A DNA stretch of 64,000 nucleotides, from the NCBI GenBank assembly GCA_964016885.1, contig OZ024740.1, positions 78,616,001 to 78,680,000 of the forward strand, in the 5' to 3' direction. Every line of letters begins with the position of its first letter. The stretch's first letter is position 1. The notes beneath the pieces were generated by a model. It did no database searches and had not been told where the DNA came from. It saw only the letters and a program-made list of their open reading frames with translations. Shown here one piece after another: positions 10,845 through 27,285 of this stretch. The translations under genes and the position numbers were made by a program. This stretch comes from Eledone cirrhosa. Its lineage: Eukaryota.

Positions 10845-13800
10845 CTAGCTGGCCCGTTCGGCTGGCACCCGGCTACCATTGGCGTGTTCTACGGCATCCA
10901 GATATATATATAGCTGACGTACCTAGCTTTGCTTGGATAAACAGACGATAAGCCGTCTGTGTGGTATAGTATTACTATTGAAAATATATAGTATAGTATT
11001 ACTGTTGAAAATATATAGTATATTATTACTGTTGAAAATATATAGTATAGTATTACTATTGAAAATATATAGTATAGTATTACTGTTGAAAATATATAGT
11101 ATATTATTACGGTTGAAAATATATAGTATAGTATTACTGTTGAAAATATATAGTATAGTATTACTGTTGAAAATATATAGTATAGTATTACTGTTGAAAA
11201 TATATAGTATAGTATTACTGTTGAAAATATATAGTATAGTATTACGGTTGAAAATATATAGTATAGTATTACTGTTGAAAATATATAGTATATTATTACT
11301 GTTGAAAATATATAGTATAGTATTACTGTTGAAAATATATAGTATAGTATTACGGTTGAAAATATATAGTATAGTATTACTGTTGAAAATATATAGTATA
11401 GTATTACTGTTGAAAATATATAGTATAGTATTACTGTTGAAAATATATAGTATAGTATTACTGTTGAAAATATATAGTATATTATTACTGTTGAAAATAT
11501 ATAGTATATTATTACGGTTGAAAATATATAGTATAGTATTACTGTTGAAAATATATAGTATATTATTACGGTTGAAAATATATAGTATAGTATTATGGTT
11601 GAAAATATATAATATAGTATTACGATTGAAAATATATAGTATAGTATTACTGTTGAAAATATATAGTATATTATTACGGTTGAAAATATATAGTATAGTA
11701 TTACTGTTGAAAATATATAGTATAGTATTACTGTTGAAAATATATAGTATAGTATTACTGTTGAAAATATATAGTATAGTATTACGGTTGAAAATATATA
11801 GTATAGTATTACGGTTGAAAATATATAGTATATTATTACTGTTGAAAATATATAGTATATTATTACTGTTGAAAATATATAGTATAGTATTACTGTTGAA
11901 AATATATGGTATAGTATTACTGTTGAAAATATATAGTATAGTATTACTGTTGAAAATATATAGTATAGTATTACTGTTGAAAATATATAGTAGATTATTA
12001 CGGTTGAAAATATATAGTATAGTATTACTGTTGAAAATATATAGTATAGTATTACTGTTGAAAATATATAGTATAGTATTACTGTTGAAAATATATAGTA
12101 TAGTATTACTGTTGAAAATATATGGTATAGTATTACTGTTGAAAATATATGGTATATTATTACTGTTGAAAATATATAGTAGATTATTACGGTTGAAAAT
12201 ATATAGTATAGTATTACTGTTGAAAATATATAGTATAGTATTACTGTTGAAAATATATGGTATAGTATTACTGTTGAAAATATATGGTATATTATTACTG
12301 TTGAAAATATATAGTAGATTATTACTGTTGAAAATATATAGTATATTATTACGGTTGAAAATATATGGTATATTATTACTGTTGAAAATATATAGTATAT
12401 TATTACGGTTGAAAATATATAGTATATTATTACTGTTGAAAATATATAGTATAGTATTACTGTTGAAAATATATAGTATATTATTACTGTTGAAAATATA
12501 TGGTATAGTATTACTGTTGAAAATATAGTATAGTATTACTGTTGAAAATATATAGTATAGTATTACTGTTGAAAATATATAGTATATTATTACTGTTGAA
12601 AATATATAGTATATTATTACTGTTGAAAATATATGGTATAGTATTACTGTTGAAAATATATGGTATAGTATTACTGTTGAAAATATATGGTATATTATTA
12701 CTGTTGAAAATATATAGTAGATTATTACTGTTGAAAATATATAGTAGATTATTACTGTTGAAAATATATAGTATATTATTACGGTTGAAAATATATGGTA
12801 TATTATTACTGTTCAAAATATATAGTATATTATTACGGTTGAAAATATATAGTATATTATTACGGTTGAAAATATATAGTATATTATTACTGTTGAAAAT
12901 ATATAGTATAGTATTACTGTTGAAAATATATAGTACAGTACAGTATTACTGTTGAAAATATATAGTATAGTATTACTGTTGAAAATATATAGTATAGTAC
13001 AGTATTACTGTTGAAAACATAGTATAGTATTACTGTTGAAATATATGGTATAGTATTACTGTTGAAAATATATAGTACAGTATTACTGTTGAAAATATAT
13101 AGTACTAGCAGTGGTACCCGGTGTTGCACAGGATAAGGTACTTTGGAACACGGGCCGCCAACAGACCTAATTGTGGAAAAACGGCATGCCTGGACAGTAT
13201 GTAAAGAAAATAAACCGAATACTCTGATGGCTGGATAATCTAAGATTTTCCTCGATGAAGCAGGAAAAAGGCAGGTTTTCACCTAGGGGATCAAGAAAAT
13301 GAATTTTTTTTATGTGCATAATATGCTTTGAAATTTTGGGAAAATTGGCTAGATGTAACACCTCAAAAAATCCCTAAAAAGCTGAAAAAATGAAGTTTTT
13401 GCCCTAATGTGGGCCCTATGCCATAAAAAAGTTGGATTTTCTTTGCTCACGGTATGAAGAAGAGACTGACTAATACATGGTTACAATTTCAAGGAAATTG
13501 GTCTGATGTAACGCCTCAAAAAACCCCTAAACTGGAAAAAACACAGTTTTTCACCTAATGCGTTAGGAAAGAAAGAGAGAAAGACAGGAATGTCATATTA
13601 TATATATTATATATAATAAAGTACCTGTAATGTACTCCTCACTTTACATACGGCCGTCAGCTTTATTAATATAGATAGAGATTGACAATATACAAGGAAA
13701 TTTAATCCATGATACATTTAAAAAAAAAAGATGATATATATAAACTGCAAAATATATGAATGTTTATTTAAGCGATAAAGAAGTGAATCTTTAAATAAAC

Positions 13801-13948
13801 AAAATATCTTTAATCAACAAGCATGAAATTTAGTAGACAAAAATACGCTCACTTTCTTGCTTGGAAAAAGTTACATTTTTGGTGCTGTTTGGTCCAGCTG
13901 TTTGGCCAAAGGTTTGTTACATACAGCCGTCACCTTTATTAATATAGA
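10845..13948 (-). mobile_element. Composite non-autonomous Helitron-like element
   Basis: Minus-strand 5' ends A^TCTATATTAATAAAG at 13948 and 13675. 3' ends with a GC-rich subterminal segment then CTAG^T at 13105 and 10845. Confidence 0.6.
10965..13103. repeat. 27-bp minisatellite (consensus atatatagtatagtattactgttgaaa), ~79 copies
   Basis: Directly visible, with few variant positions. Produces the spurious (LLKIYSIVL)n ORF. Confidence 0.97.
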
Positions 13949-14024
13949 TATTTCTTGTTGGTACTGGTTTGATTGAGATAGAGTTGAGTATGATGAATTG
14001 AATTATGTGTTATGATTATTTTAA

Positions 14025-14255
14025 AGGGCGGTGGAGTGGCAGAATCGGTAGTCGGACACCATGTTTTGCAGCATAGAGTTACGGTCCATTACAGCCTGAG
14101 TTCAAATCCCGCCGAGGTTAACTTTGCCTTTCATCCTTACGGGGTTGATAAAATAAAGCACCAGTAACGTACTGGGGTTGATTTAATTGACTCTCTCCCC
14201 CCCCCCCCCCCCCCCCCCAAATTATGCCTGTTCTTGTGCCTATACCAGAAATGAT
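14025..14255 (+). mobile_element. tRNA-derived SINE (second family)
   Basis: A box tggcagaatcgg, B box gagttcaaatcc, poly-C tract, (ATT) tail. Further copies at ~55450-56000, 59710-59905 and 60290-60450 (minus). Confidence 0.8.
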
Positions 14256-14396
14256 TATTTTATAGGATCCTGAATTTGTTAATTGTATTGGGGGTGAAAA
14301 ATTATGAAGCATTAAGAAAATTCCCCAATATCTTGCTTGGTTATGAGATGTATGACTTATTTGAACATTTCTGCAGCTGAAAACATTTTAAATATG

Positions 14397-14746
14397 TATT
14401 CTTAGGTCTTGAATAATGCCCTCCATTCCCCTCCGCTTTTCATATTTTTTCCACCCCACCCCCCTTTATTCCAACCCCTCTACTTATTAAATTTTGTTAA
14501 TCTATATTCAGCGAAATTTTATTGTAAGTGATTCATATTGATACAGCAGCTGGAGAATCTAATAATAATTTCATTTTACATTAAAAAACATATGACAAAA
14601 AAAGAACGTTACAAGAAATCCTATATTTACGAACGTACACTATACAATTACCGATTCCAACACCCCGTTTATTCCCCCCCCCCACTTATAAGAATTGAAG
14701 TAAATGTCTAACCCCCCTCCTCCCTATTATTTGAGATCTGAGAGTA
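14397..14746. mobile_element. MITE-like DNA transposon relic
   Basis: Imperfect terminal inverted repeats tattcttaggtcttgaataat / attatttgagatctgagagta. Confidence 0.45.
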
Positions 14747-15244
14747 CATTGAGTGGGCTTGCATGTTAGACAGTCAATTGGTTCCCCACCACACCAGAGT
14801 TATTCAAAAGCCACATATGTTCAAGACCCTTATATAAAAGTGACTAAGTATGTTGATGTTTTGGAGGAGGAATAATGTCAGCTTCTCTGGAGGTTGAGGA
14901 AACTCGGGGAAAAAATTGATAGCAGAAGTCGTTAAGAGTTTCTTTTCTAATATTAGATAATGTTGTTTCAAGTAGAACAAAACATTAAGAGTTTTACAGG
15001 TTATTTAAATTTTTTTTTAATATTTATGTGCTGCGTGTATTCAAAGCTGCACAAGATGCGGGCACACTGTACATGTAACTGATGTTTGTTTTTTAGACAA
15101 TTTATTTATCTTTAGTTGAATCTTGAATGTTTTGGTACAAATTAGTGTTATCTAAATATTCTTTGTTTGTAAATGTTTTCTTCGATGTATTGCATTTTTC
15201 AACTAAAGTTCTTTTCTTCTTATTCATTTACTGATTCCAGTCAT

Positions 15245-15500
15245 TAGCGCGTAGCCTAGTGGTAGGGGTGTTGGACTTACGATCATAATGTCATGGGTTC
15301 GATTCCTGGGCTGGGTTGTGTGTTGTGTTCTTGAGTAAAACACTTTATTTCACATTGCTTAAGTATATTCAACTGAAAATGAGTGCCAACAATAGTTGGG
15401 GGTTTAACCCTGCAATGGACTATCCAGTGGGTGTCTTGTAATCTTAGTTGCTTCATACCACGAAACTGGGATAAGCACTGGCCTGATGAGCCTCCTGGCT
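15245..15500 (+). mobile_element. tRNA-derived CORE-like SINE
   Basis: A box tagcctagtgg, B box gggttcgattcc, core ttcttgagtaaaacactttatttcac. Confidence 0.65.
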
Positions 15501-17659
15501 TGAGACAGACTAGACAGGACTGGCCATGTTGGGACACTGCCTTTAAGGGATTCAGTTCATGTTAACCCCAGTACATATTTTGGAAATCTGGTACTTGTTC
15601 TATCAATCTCGACCCTCTCTCAGTGATGGGACTCAAACAGATACAGACATGGACACACATATATACTTATATCATCATCACCATTTAATGCATATTTTCC
15701 AGGCTTGCATGTGTTAGATGGGCTGTTATGTTATGAGGCTTGACAGGTCAAGTGACCACACCATGCTCATATGATGTTTTGGGCTGGCTTTTCTATGGCT
15801 GAATGCCCTTCCTATTACAGTGTGTACCAGGGGGTTTTTGTGGCGTCACCATTACCACCTTACAGAGTGGACTGGGTTATTTTTTTGTCATGGCACCAAT
15901 ATGACCATCCTGCGCACACACACACACACTGGTCTTCAGTAGTTTCCATCTACTAAGTTTCACCCAGGGTATTAACTCAGGTCTATAGAAGACACTTTCC
16001 CAAGAGGCCACACAGTATGACTGAGCCCTAAATCATGTGGTTTTGAGGTTTAGTCTTTAACCACTCAGATTTTTTATTTATATAAAGTTATAACATTTTT
16101 ATAATTTTAAATTCATATTCTATATATTATATTATATACTTCCTACTATATTAGTTCTTTTTAGTTTAATGATTTGGATTATTTATTTTTCTTATGTATT
16201 TCTTTTCTTCTCTGTCCTCCAACTAATGTCATATAGTATTTTCAATCCTTTTTCTTTCACAGCACTACATTTTTGAACTTCTATCACCTTTTTATTTCTG
16301 TAATAATTCTTAACTCTGTTTGTTCAGGTTGAGCAGTATATACGTGTGTTTCTTCTATTAACTCTTTTCAGAACTACATTTGTGAAGTAAATAATTTTTT
16401 TCTTTCCTTCTACTCTGTCATGACTGAAGAGAAGTACAACTTCCTGGAAGTCAATTATTGCCAGACTCAGAATGGCACTCCTAGAAGTAGCAAGAGTTCA
16501 CAAAATACATCTGGTGCTGGTCATCTGCAAAGAAATTAACTGTATGAGAACAGAAACAACAAGGGCCCTAGAAATGATTGTGGAGCAAGCCTCCAGCAAA
16601 TCTTCCCTGTCAATTCAAGAGACCACCATTTCCTGTCTGGTTTTGTTTTGCCATGTCTACTAAGGAATGTCTAAGACATGCCATATCTATAAGTGTCTTT
16701 AAAGGAATCGGTTTGAGCATAAAGACATACTGTTTCATTCATAGTCAACTGAGTTCAAACTATGCTGGAAGTTGATAAAATAAAAGCAGTGCTTTGTTAG
16801 AGCATCAGACTAGATGATTTTCGATATTTGTTCCTACTCTGCAGTCTGAGTTCAAATATTGCTGTGGCCTGCTTCAGAGATAATCTTAACTCATCACCCA
16901 GTTTAACACTGTCACTAAGCCTTTGGGTGCTTTTAGCAGAACCCACTCTGTTGGAAGCATTTGGATCAGATCTCCAGTTTGAGGATATCTACTTTTCTCT
17001 CTCCTATTAGTTGCAGATGCCCATATTTGCATGATTAAACAGTAACGAAAAAAAAAGAAGAAATTATCATCTGTATATGTACAATTGAAGACAGTGAAAA
17101 TGCCTGCACATATTAACTCCCAACAACAATAAGGATCAAAGATTTGGAATTTTGTTTTGTCTGAAATATACATTCAGATTTTTCTATAATCATTTAGAAG
17201 CTCAGATTTGAGTATAGAAAACGGGTGAGAAAGTGGCAGAGGAGGTAGTAATGAAAGATACAACAATAGGCAGCTACATACTGGTTGTTGGTAAGGAGAT
17301 TGAATAGAACAGCAGCATAAGTGCTGTGTGATGGAAGAAAGAGTGATAGGAGAGAATAATGGAAATGAGAGAGAGGTATAAAGATAGTGAGAGAGAGATG
17401 TCATTTATGTTATCAATTAATGATAGAAGTCATGGGAGAGATAGTGATACATAACAATAAACATGAATGAAAGCAAGAAAGAGAGTAATAAGGGATAAAG
17501 GAAGGAGTAATGTACTAGAGAAAAGGGTGGTGAGCAATAAAGAATAGTGAAAGCAGAAGGCAGTGGAATATGAACAGATCTAATGTCCTCCTTCATTGCA
17601 CAGAGATGGCATTGGAGGATAGATATAGTGATAAACAGGTGATAGCAGGAGGGTTGAAT

Positions 17660-19280
17660 ATGGACAGATCCAAATGCTAACCTTCAACACCATCACCACC
17701 ATTTTAGAATCTTCTCCAGGACAAGATTGCCACTTGTGATCATTTGACATTTCTTTCACATGGCCCACCTTCTTGAGATCAGTCTTCACCACTTTGTCCC
17801 ATGTTCTCCAAGGTCTCCAACCTCAGGTACCATCAACTTAGAGTTCTTGACATCTTCCATACACATTATATCTCATCACAGTTTTCTCTTTTGCACATGA
17901 TATATCTGATTCTTATATCCAAGTTTTCTCCTTATTTGTACTGTTGTTTATGCACATTAGCATTACACATCCAGCAGAGCATGCTTGCTTCACTTCCTTA
18001 ACTTGATAAAACCTGTCAACCTCTCACTCCTAAGGAGCTTTCCAAGTATCTAAAGGAATCTATTTTATGTGTACTCTTTCTACTGATTGCTGATGTAGTG
18101 ACCTACATTCCGCGGGCTCACATACATTCTCTGTGCGTGATTTGGCTCAGTTCAGCCAATCAGCGCCAGTAGAAGAGGATGTATCCCTACGCGCCCTGAG
18201 GAAGAAATTCCCCGCGAAGATTTGAAGAATCTCTAGCTTGTACCGGAAACTTCAAGCCAGCAACACGCATAATGTAACAGTGAGATATTGCACCCCTAGC
18301 CTCGCCGGCTTAACGGCGCAATGGCACATTCTCTTTTGTAACCTCTTTTTATCTGTAACTTCAACCATATAAATAAACAAACATTTCATCTCTAATTACT
18401 GCGGTTGAAGTCGTTGTTATGTTACTCGTGTCTCAATAACATCTTTAATCCATGCTGCTGGAATTGGCGACCTGACGAAAGGAATATTGTAAATAGATGG
18501 TAAATAGATCGAGGGACCTTCCCTCACGTCTATGTCAACAAGATAATCCAATGAGGATACTATCACTTACCACACTGGCAACTAACGACCACTGATTCTA
18601 CCACCCTGCTAAAGTGGCGACTACTCAATAACCAATAACTGCTAAACTCCTGTTTATCTGTCACATATGAAGTCTACCTTTGTTGTTAGCCTGCTTATAA
18701 TCCCCATACACCTGTTAAGTTTTGATAGTTTACAATAGATGGACCCTATAAAATTTCTACCTACTTCTTTTCTGCATATCAAGCATGGTAACAAGATATT
18801 GGTTCCAGATTCAGCTATAAGGAGTTTTTCTGGACAGCCAGTCTTAAATTCTTTTATTGGACTTACGAGGACTATAATAAACAAGAGGGGGGCCGAGAAC
18901 TGGGCGATGTTGGTTTGTGTTTTTCCTGATTGAAGTTATTGTGGCAAAGACTTAAGTCATTCATGTCACTGAACTCGTATCTATAGCCTCCATGTATGCC
19001 AGAGAAGCAATGATGATGTTGCCAAACATGTCTGTTAAAATTACCAGTTCTGATAATGAAGTTCCTACCATTTCTTATCGAATTAGTCTGCAGGAAGGCC
19101 TCATAAAAGTGGCCCATCTGATCATATAACCTTTTACATTTGGCTTCTCTCCTTTCTAGCTACTTGATAGTTCTTTATTGCCCCTCCTACCTCATTCCTG
19201 GCCTATCTCTTAGCTTTTACAGCATTATCTGATTGTGGTGTGTATGCAGAGATAAATGTTGCTGTATTATCTATGACTAA
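17660..19280 (-). mobile_element. Old, fragmented RTE LINE
   Basis: Degenerate translations EEFKTGCP, CRKEVGRN, GNFNRHV. Interrupted by the insert at 18094-18624. Confidence 0.65.
18094..18624 (+). mobile_element. Putative solo LTR inserted in the RTE relic
   Basis: GC-richer block starting TGTAGT and ending ACTAC, with internal CCAAT and AATAAA. RTE sequence resumes on both sides. Confidence 0.45.
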
Positions 19281-20146
19281 CCTAGTGTTAGGCTTAATTA
19301 TTAGTATCACAGTTATAAGAGACATTGTTTTTATAACAATTAAATATCAGGTGATTAGACAATCCATTCAGATTCAACTGTTTAAAATGTGTCAGACATA
19401 TTTGTTTTAAAGTTATAAACAAATATATTTAAGGAGAGCTAGCTATTGTTAATTTACTTCTCTCACAGATTGAAATTGTTCTATACCTATGGCAATCTCC
19501 AGTAAGTCATCCAATGTTAAGTCTATCAATAAATCAGTCTAATTAATAGATGATTAACATAAACATTAAACTTCATGTAACTGCCTATTGTCTGAGCTTT
19601 TGAGTTTAGTTATTTCAGAAGTGTTGTTGTTTAGTTCCAAATCAACTCTGATTGCGCAAATCCAAGATCAAAGGCATTCTAGCTATAAACATCTGTTATT
19701 TATTTTTTTTGTATGTATATCTAGGCATACGTTAGCTGATGTCTTCTTTTTATTTAAGACTAGACCACCCGTGACCTATTGGGTCACATTCACTTCAAAA
19801 TATTTTTTTAAAATTATGTTCACTTGAAAATAACTTTTTAAATAATAAAAAAATACAAAGACATGTATATAATGTGAAATGAAACTGGAAGGCCCATATA
19901 TATATACGTAAGTATATGTATATATATAAATGTGTGTGTGTGTTTCATCATCATCCTTTAACGTCCATCTTATATATATGTATGTGTGTGTGTCTATATG
20001 AGGGTGTGTGTGATCTATATGCACTGGTCATAGACACGCACACACATATATATATACACAGATATATATATATATATATAATATATATATACACAGATAT
20101 ATATATAATTTATACACAGATATATACGCACATATATATATATATA

Positions 20147-20668
20147 CGGTAGCCACGGAATAGGCAGACCTGGGACGAGCTGATAAACTCCGACCTCACA
20201 CACTTACACCTCTCCAAGAAAATGTCACTGGACCGAGACCTTTGGCGGTACTCAGTAACAGAGAAGACCCGCCTTACCTAAATACATAGTAAAACCTACT
20301 ACAGCCAGTAGGCATCTCTAACAAAATACCCCCCCCCCCGTCCCACCACCCCCACCCCATCCACGCCACCCCGTTCTATGTAAAGTTGTGTTGGTACCAC
20401 ACCATCCAGGCCGAAACAAATGAGATCGTGTAGGTGTCACGACAAAAAAACACACAGTCCACGCTGTAATGTGGCCGTGTAAGCAACGCGGTAAAAACCT
20501 CCAAGACCCACACTGTAAATGTGGTTGGTGTTAGGAAGGGCATCCAACTGTAGAAAACCTGGCAGACAGTCCTATGCGAGCAAGACAATCACTCTTGCCT
20601 CAAGTGGGACTACCCCCGTCCAAACCCATGCAAGCGTGGAACACGGACGTTAAACGTTGATGATGATG

Positions 20669-20670
<2 letters not shown>
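20147..20670 (+). mobile_element. RTE LINE (subfamily A) 3' end
   Basis: Near-identical to 43798-44345 reverse-complemented. (TA)n on both sides. Confidence 0.85.
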
Positions 20671-23970
<3,300 letters not shown>

Positions 23971-24092
23971 AATATAGACATAGAATATTCGAAAATATTC
24001 TGTATGTTTATAATAAACATTTTGAAGACCTAATCGCTATAGAATAGAATACGTCACGTATTACAATTAGATTCTCGATAAAAGCAAGGGAA

Positions 24093-24135
24093 GTAATCTA
24101 CGCGTTTCATTCTTGTTAGAAATCATCAGGACTAC
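24093..24135 (-). ncRNA. Type I hammerhead ribozyme (further minus copies at 24403-24444, 24712-24754, 25022-25064)
   Basis: Reverse complement GTAGTC-CTGATGA-T-TTCT(AACA)AGAA-T-GAAA-CGCGTA-GATTAC. The second copy has a 1-nt deletion in helix I. Confidence 0.85.
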
Positions 24136-25196
24136 ATATCCAGTGCTTTTATCGAGAATGACACAGCTAGAGACTTATAGAATACTTAGCTGTGTACAGG
24201 AACTGGTTTGAAAGAGCGGTTGCCGGTCCGGCAGAAATTAGAAATTGGAATAAATGCTCTGAAATAGCGATATATATGTGAATATAGACATAGAATATTC
24301 GAAAATATTCTGTATGTTTATAATAAACATTTTGAAGACCTAATCGCTATAGAATAGAATACGTCACGTATTACAATTAGATTCTCGATAAAAGCAAGGG
24401 AAGTAATCTACGCGTTTCATTCTTGTTAGAAATCATCAGGACACATATCCAGTGCTTTTATCGAGAATGACACAGCTAGAGACTTATAGAATACTTAGCT
24501 GTGTACAGGAACTGGTTTGAAAGAGCGGTTGCCGGTCCGGCAGAAATTAGAAATTGGAATAAATGCTCTGAAATAGCGATATATATGTGAATATAGACAT
24601 AGAATATTCGAAAATATTCTGTATGTTTATAATAAACATTTTGAAGACCTAATCGCTATAGAATAGAATACGTCACGTATTACAATTAGATTCTCGATAA
24701 AAGCAAGGGAAGTAATCTACGCGTTTCATTCTTGTTAGAAATCATCAGGACTACATATCCAGTGCTTTTATCGAGAATGACACAGCTAGAGACTTATAGA
24801 ATACTTAGCTGTGTACAGGAACTGGTTTGAAAGAGCGGTTGCCGGTCCGGCAGAAATTAGAAATTGGAATAAATGCTCTGAAATAGCGATATATATGTGA
24901 ATATAGACATAGAATATTCGAAAATATTCTGTATGTTTATAATAAACATTTTGAAGACCTAATCGCTATAGAATAGAATACGTCACGTATTACAATTAGA
25001 TTCTCGATAAAAGCAAGGGAAGTAATCTACGCGTTTCATTCTTGTTAGAAATCATCAGGACTACATATCCAGTGCTTTTATCGAGAATGACACAGCTAGA
25101 GACTTATAGAATACTTAGCTGTGTACCAGTTCCTGTACACAGCTAAGTATTCTATAAGTCTCTAGCTGTGTCATTCTCGATAAAAGCACTGGATAT

Positions 25197-25239
25197 GTAG
25201 TCCTGATGATTTCTAACAAGAATGAAACGCGTAGATTAC
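25197..25239 (+). ncRNA. Type I hammerhead ribozyme (further plus copies at 25519-25561, 25829-25871)
   Basis: Helix I GTAGTC/GATTAC, core CTGATGA...GAAA, helix II TTCT/AGAA, palindromic minimal helix III ACGCGT, GUA cleavage triplet. Helix I extends with 16 perfect bp (25173-25188 / 25246-25261). Confidence 0.85.
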
Positions 25240-25918
25240 TTCCCTTGCTTTTATCGAGAATCTAATTGTAATACGTGACGTATTCTATTCTATAGCGATT
25301 AGGTCTTCAAAATGTTTATTATAAACATACAGAATATTTTCAAAAATATTTTCGAATATTCTATGTCTATATTCACATATATATCGCTATTTCAGAGCAT
25401 TTATTCCAATTTCTAATTTCTGCCGGACCGGCAACCGCTCTTTCAAACCAGTTCCTGTACACAGCTAAGTATTCTATAAGTCTCTAGCTGTGTCATTCTC
25501 GATAAAAGCACTGGATATGTAGTCCTGATGATTTCTAACAAGAATGAAACGCGTAGATTACTTCCCTTGCTTTTATCGAGAATCTAATTGTAATACGTGA
25601 CGTATTCTATTCTATAGAGATTAGGTCTTCAAAATGTTTATTATAAACATACAGAATATTTTCGAATATTCTATGTCTATATTCACATATATATCGCTAT
25701 TTCAGAGCATTTATTCCAATTTCTAATTTCTGCCGGACCGGCAACCGCTCTTTCAAACCAGTTCCTGTACACAGCTAAGTATTCTATAAGTCTCTAGCTG
25801 TGTCATTCTCGATAAAAGCACTGGATATGTAGTCCTGATGATTTCTAACAAGAATGAAACGCGTAGATTACTTCCCTTGCTTTTATCGAGAATCTAATTG
25901 TAATACGTGACGTATTCT

Positions 25919-26118
25919 NNNNNNNNNNNNNNNNNNNNNNNNNNNNNNNNNNNNNNNNNNNNNNNNNNNNNNNNNNNNNNNNNNNNNNNNNNNNNNNNNN
26001 NNNNNNNNNNNNNNNNNNNNNNNNNNNNNNNNNNNNNNNNNNNNNNNNNNNNNNNNNNNNNNNNNNNNNNNNNNNNNNNNNNNNNNNNNNNNNNNNNNNN
26101 NNNNNNNNNNNNNNNNNN
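25919..26118. other. Assembly gap (200 N)
   Basis: Run of N. Confidence 1.
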
Positions 26119-26145
26119 ATATGTATATATATATATGTATATATG

Positions 26146-26176
<31 letters not shown>

Positions 26177-26283
26177 GTATATATATATATGTATATGTAT
26201 ATATATGTATATGTATATATATATATATGTATATATATGTATATATATATATATGTATATATATATATGTATATATATATATG

Positions 26284-26328
<45 letters not shown>

Positions 26329-26343
26329 GTATATATATATATG

Positions 26344-26390
<47 letters not shown>

Positions 26391-26419
26391 GTATATATAT
26401 ATATGTATATATATATATG

Positions 26420-26450
<31 letters not shown>

Positions 26451-26567
26451 GTATATATATATATGTATATATATATATGTATATATATATATATGTATAT
26501 ATATATATGTATATATATATATGTATATATATATATATGTATATATATATATGTATATATATATATG

Positions 26568-26598
<31 letters not shown>

Positions 26599-26725
26599 GT
26601 ATATATATATATGTATATATATATATGTATATATATATATGTATATATATATATGTATATATATGTATATATATATATGTATATATGTATATATATATAT
26701 GTATATATATATATGTATATATATG

Positions 26726-26772
<47 letters not shown>

Positions 26773-26801
26773 GTATATATATATATGTATATATATATAT
26801 G

Positions 26802-26864
<63 letters not shown>

Positions 26865-26989
26865 GTATATATATATATGTATATATATATGTGTATATAT
26901 ATATATGTATATATATATATGTATATATATATATGTATATATATATATGTATATATATATGTATATATATATATGTATATATATATGTA
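26119..26989. repeat. (TA)n/TG compound microsatellite
   Basis: Directly visible. Confidence 0.97.
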
Positions 26990-27285
26990 TTGTCAGGTCA
27001 CCAGTTGGTGCTACTGGTAACATGTATCCCAGTACAACCTGTCCCATGGTCGGGTCGTTGGCGACTAAACTGGCAACCCCACCAAGGTTTCTTGGTGAGG
27101 AGGGTGACTTTGGACATCCTGCAGGACTAAAAACAAAACCTGTCAAAGGGCAAAGGAGCTCTTAAGAGTCAATGGCCATCCAAAATCACCGGGAGAGATG
27201 ACCCCTTAGCCTTTGTCAAGCAGAATTCTAGGAGAAGGAAAACTCTGATATCACACCTGCAACCCTGATGATATCCAATGATGTT
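26990..27285 (+). mobile_element. Probable 5' UTR fragment of an RTE-clade element
   Basis: Contains ggagaaggaaaactctga (27231-27248), which I recognise as a recurrent RTE 5' UTR motif. No ORF follows. Confidence 0.45.

Larger units (their letters stand above)
23971..25918. mobile_element. 310-bp tandem array carrying one hammerhead ribozyme per unit (non-LTR retrozyme / Penelope-like pLTR array), with an internal inversion
   Basis: Units start at 23971, 24281, 24590 and 24900. Orientation flips at ~25126, then about 2.5 inverted units run into the gap. Confidence 0.85.

Noticed and set aside
10933-12955. 531-aa and 137-aa LLKIYSIV-repeat ORFs
   Set aside because: By-product of a 27-bp (9-codon) minisatellite. 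The frame breaks at ~12528.
10965-13103. CRISPR-like array
   Set aside because: Units are contiguous with no unique spacers, there are no cas genes, and the context is eukaryotic.
15475-15515. CTGATGA as a hammerhead core
   Set aside because: No GAAA box or flanking helices. Part of the SINE body. The same applies to ctgatga at ~27265 and ctgacga at ~18472.
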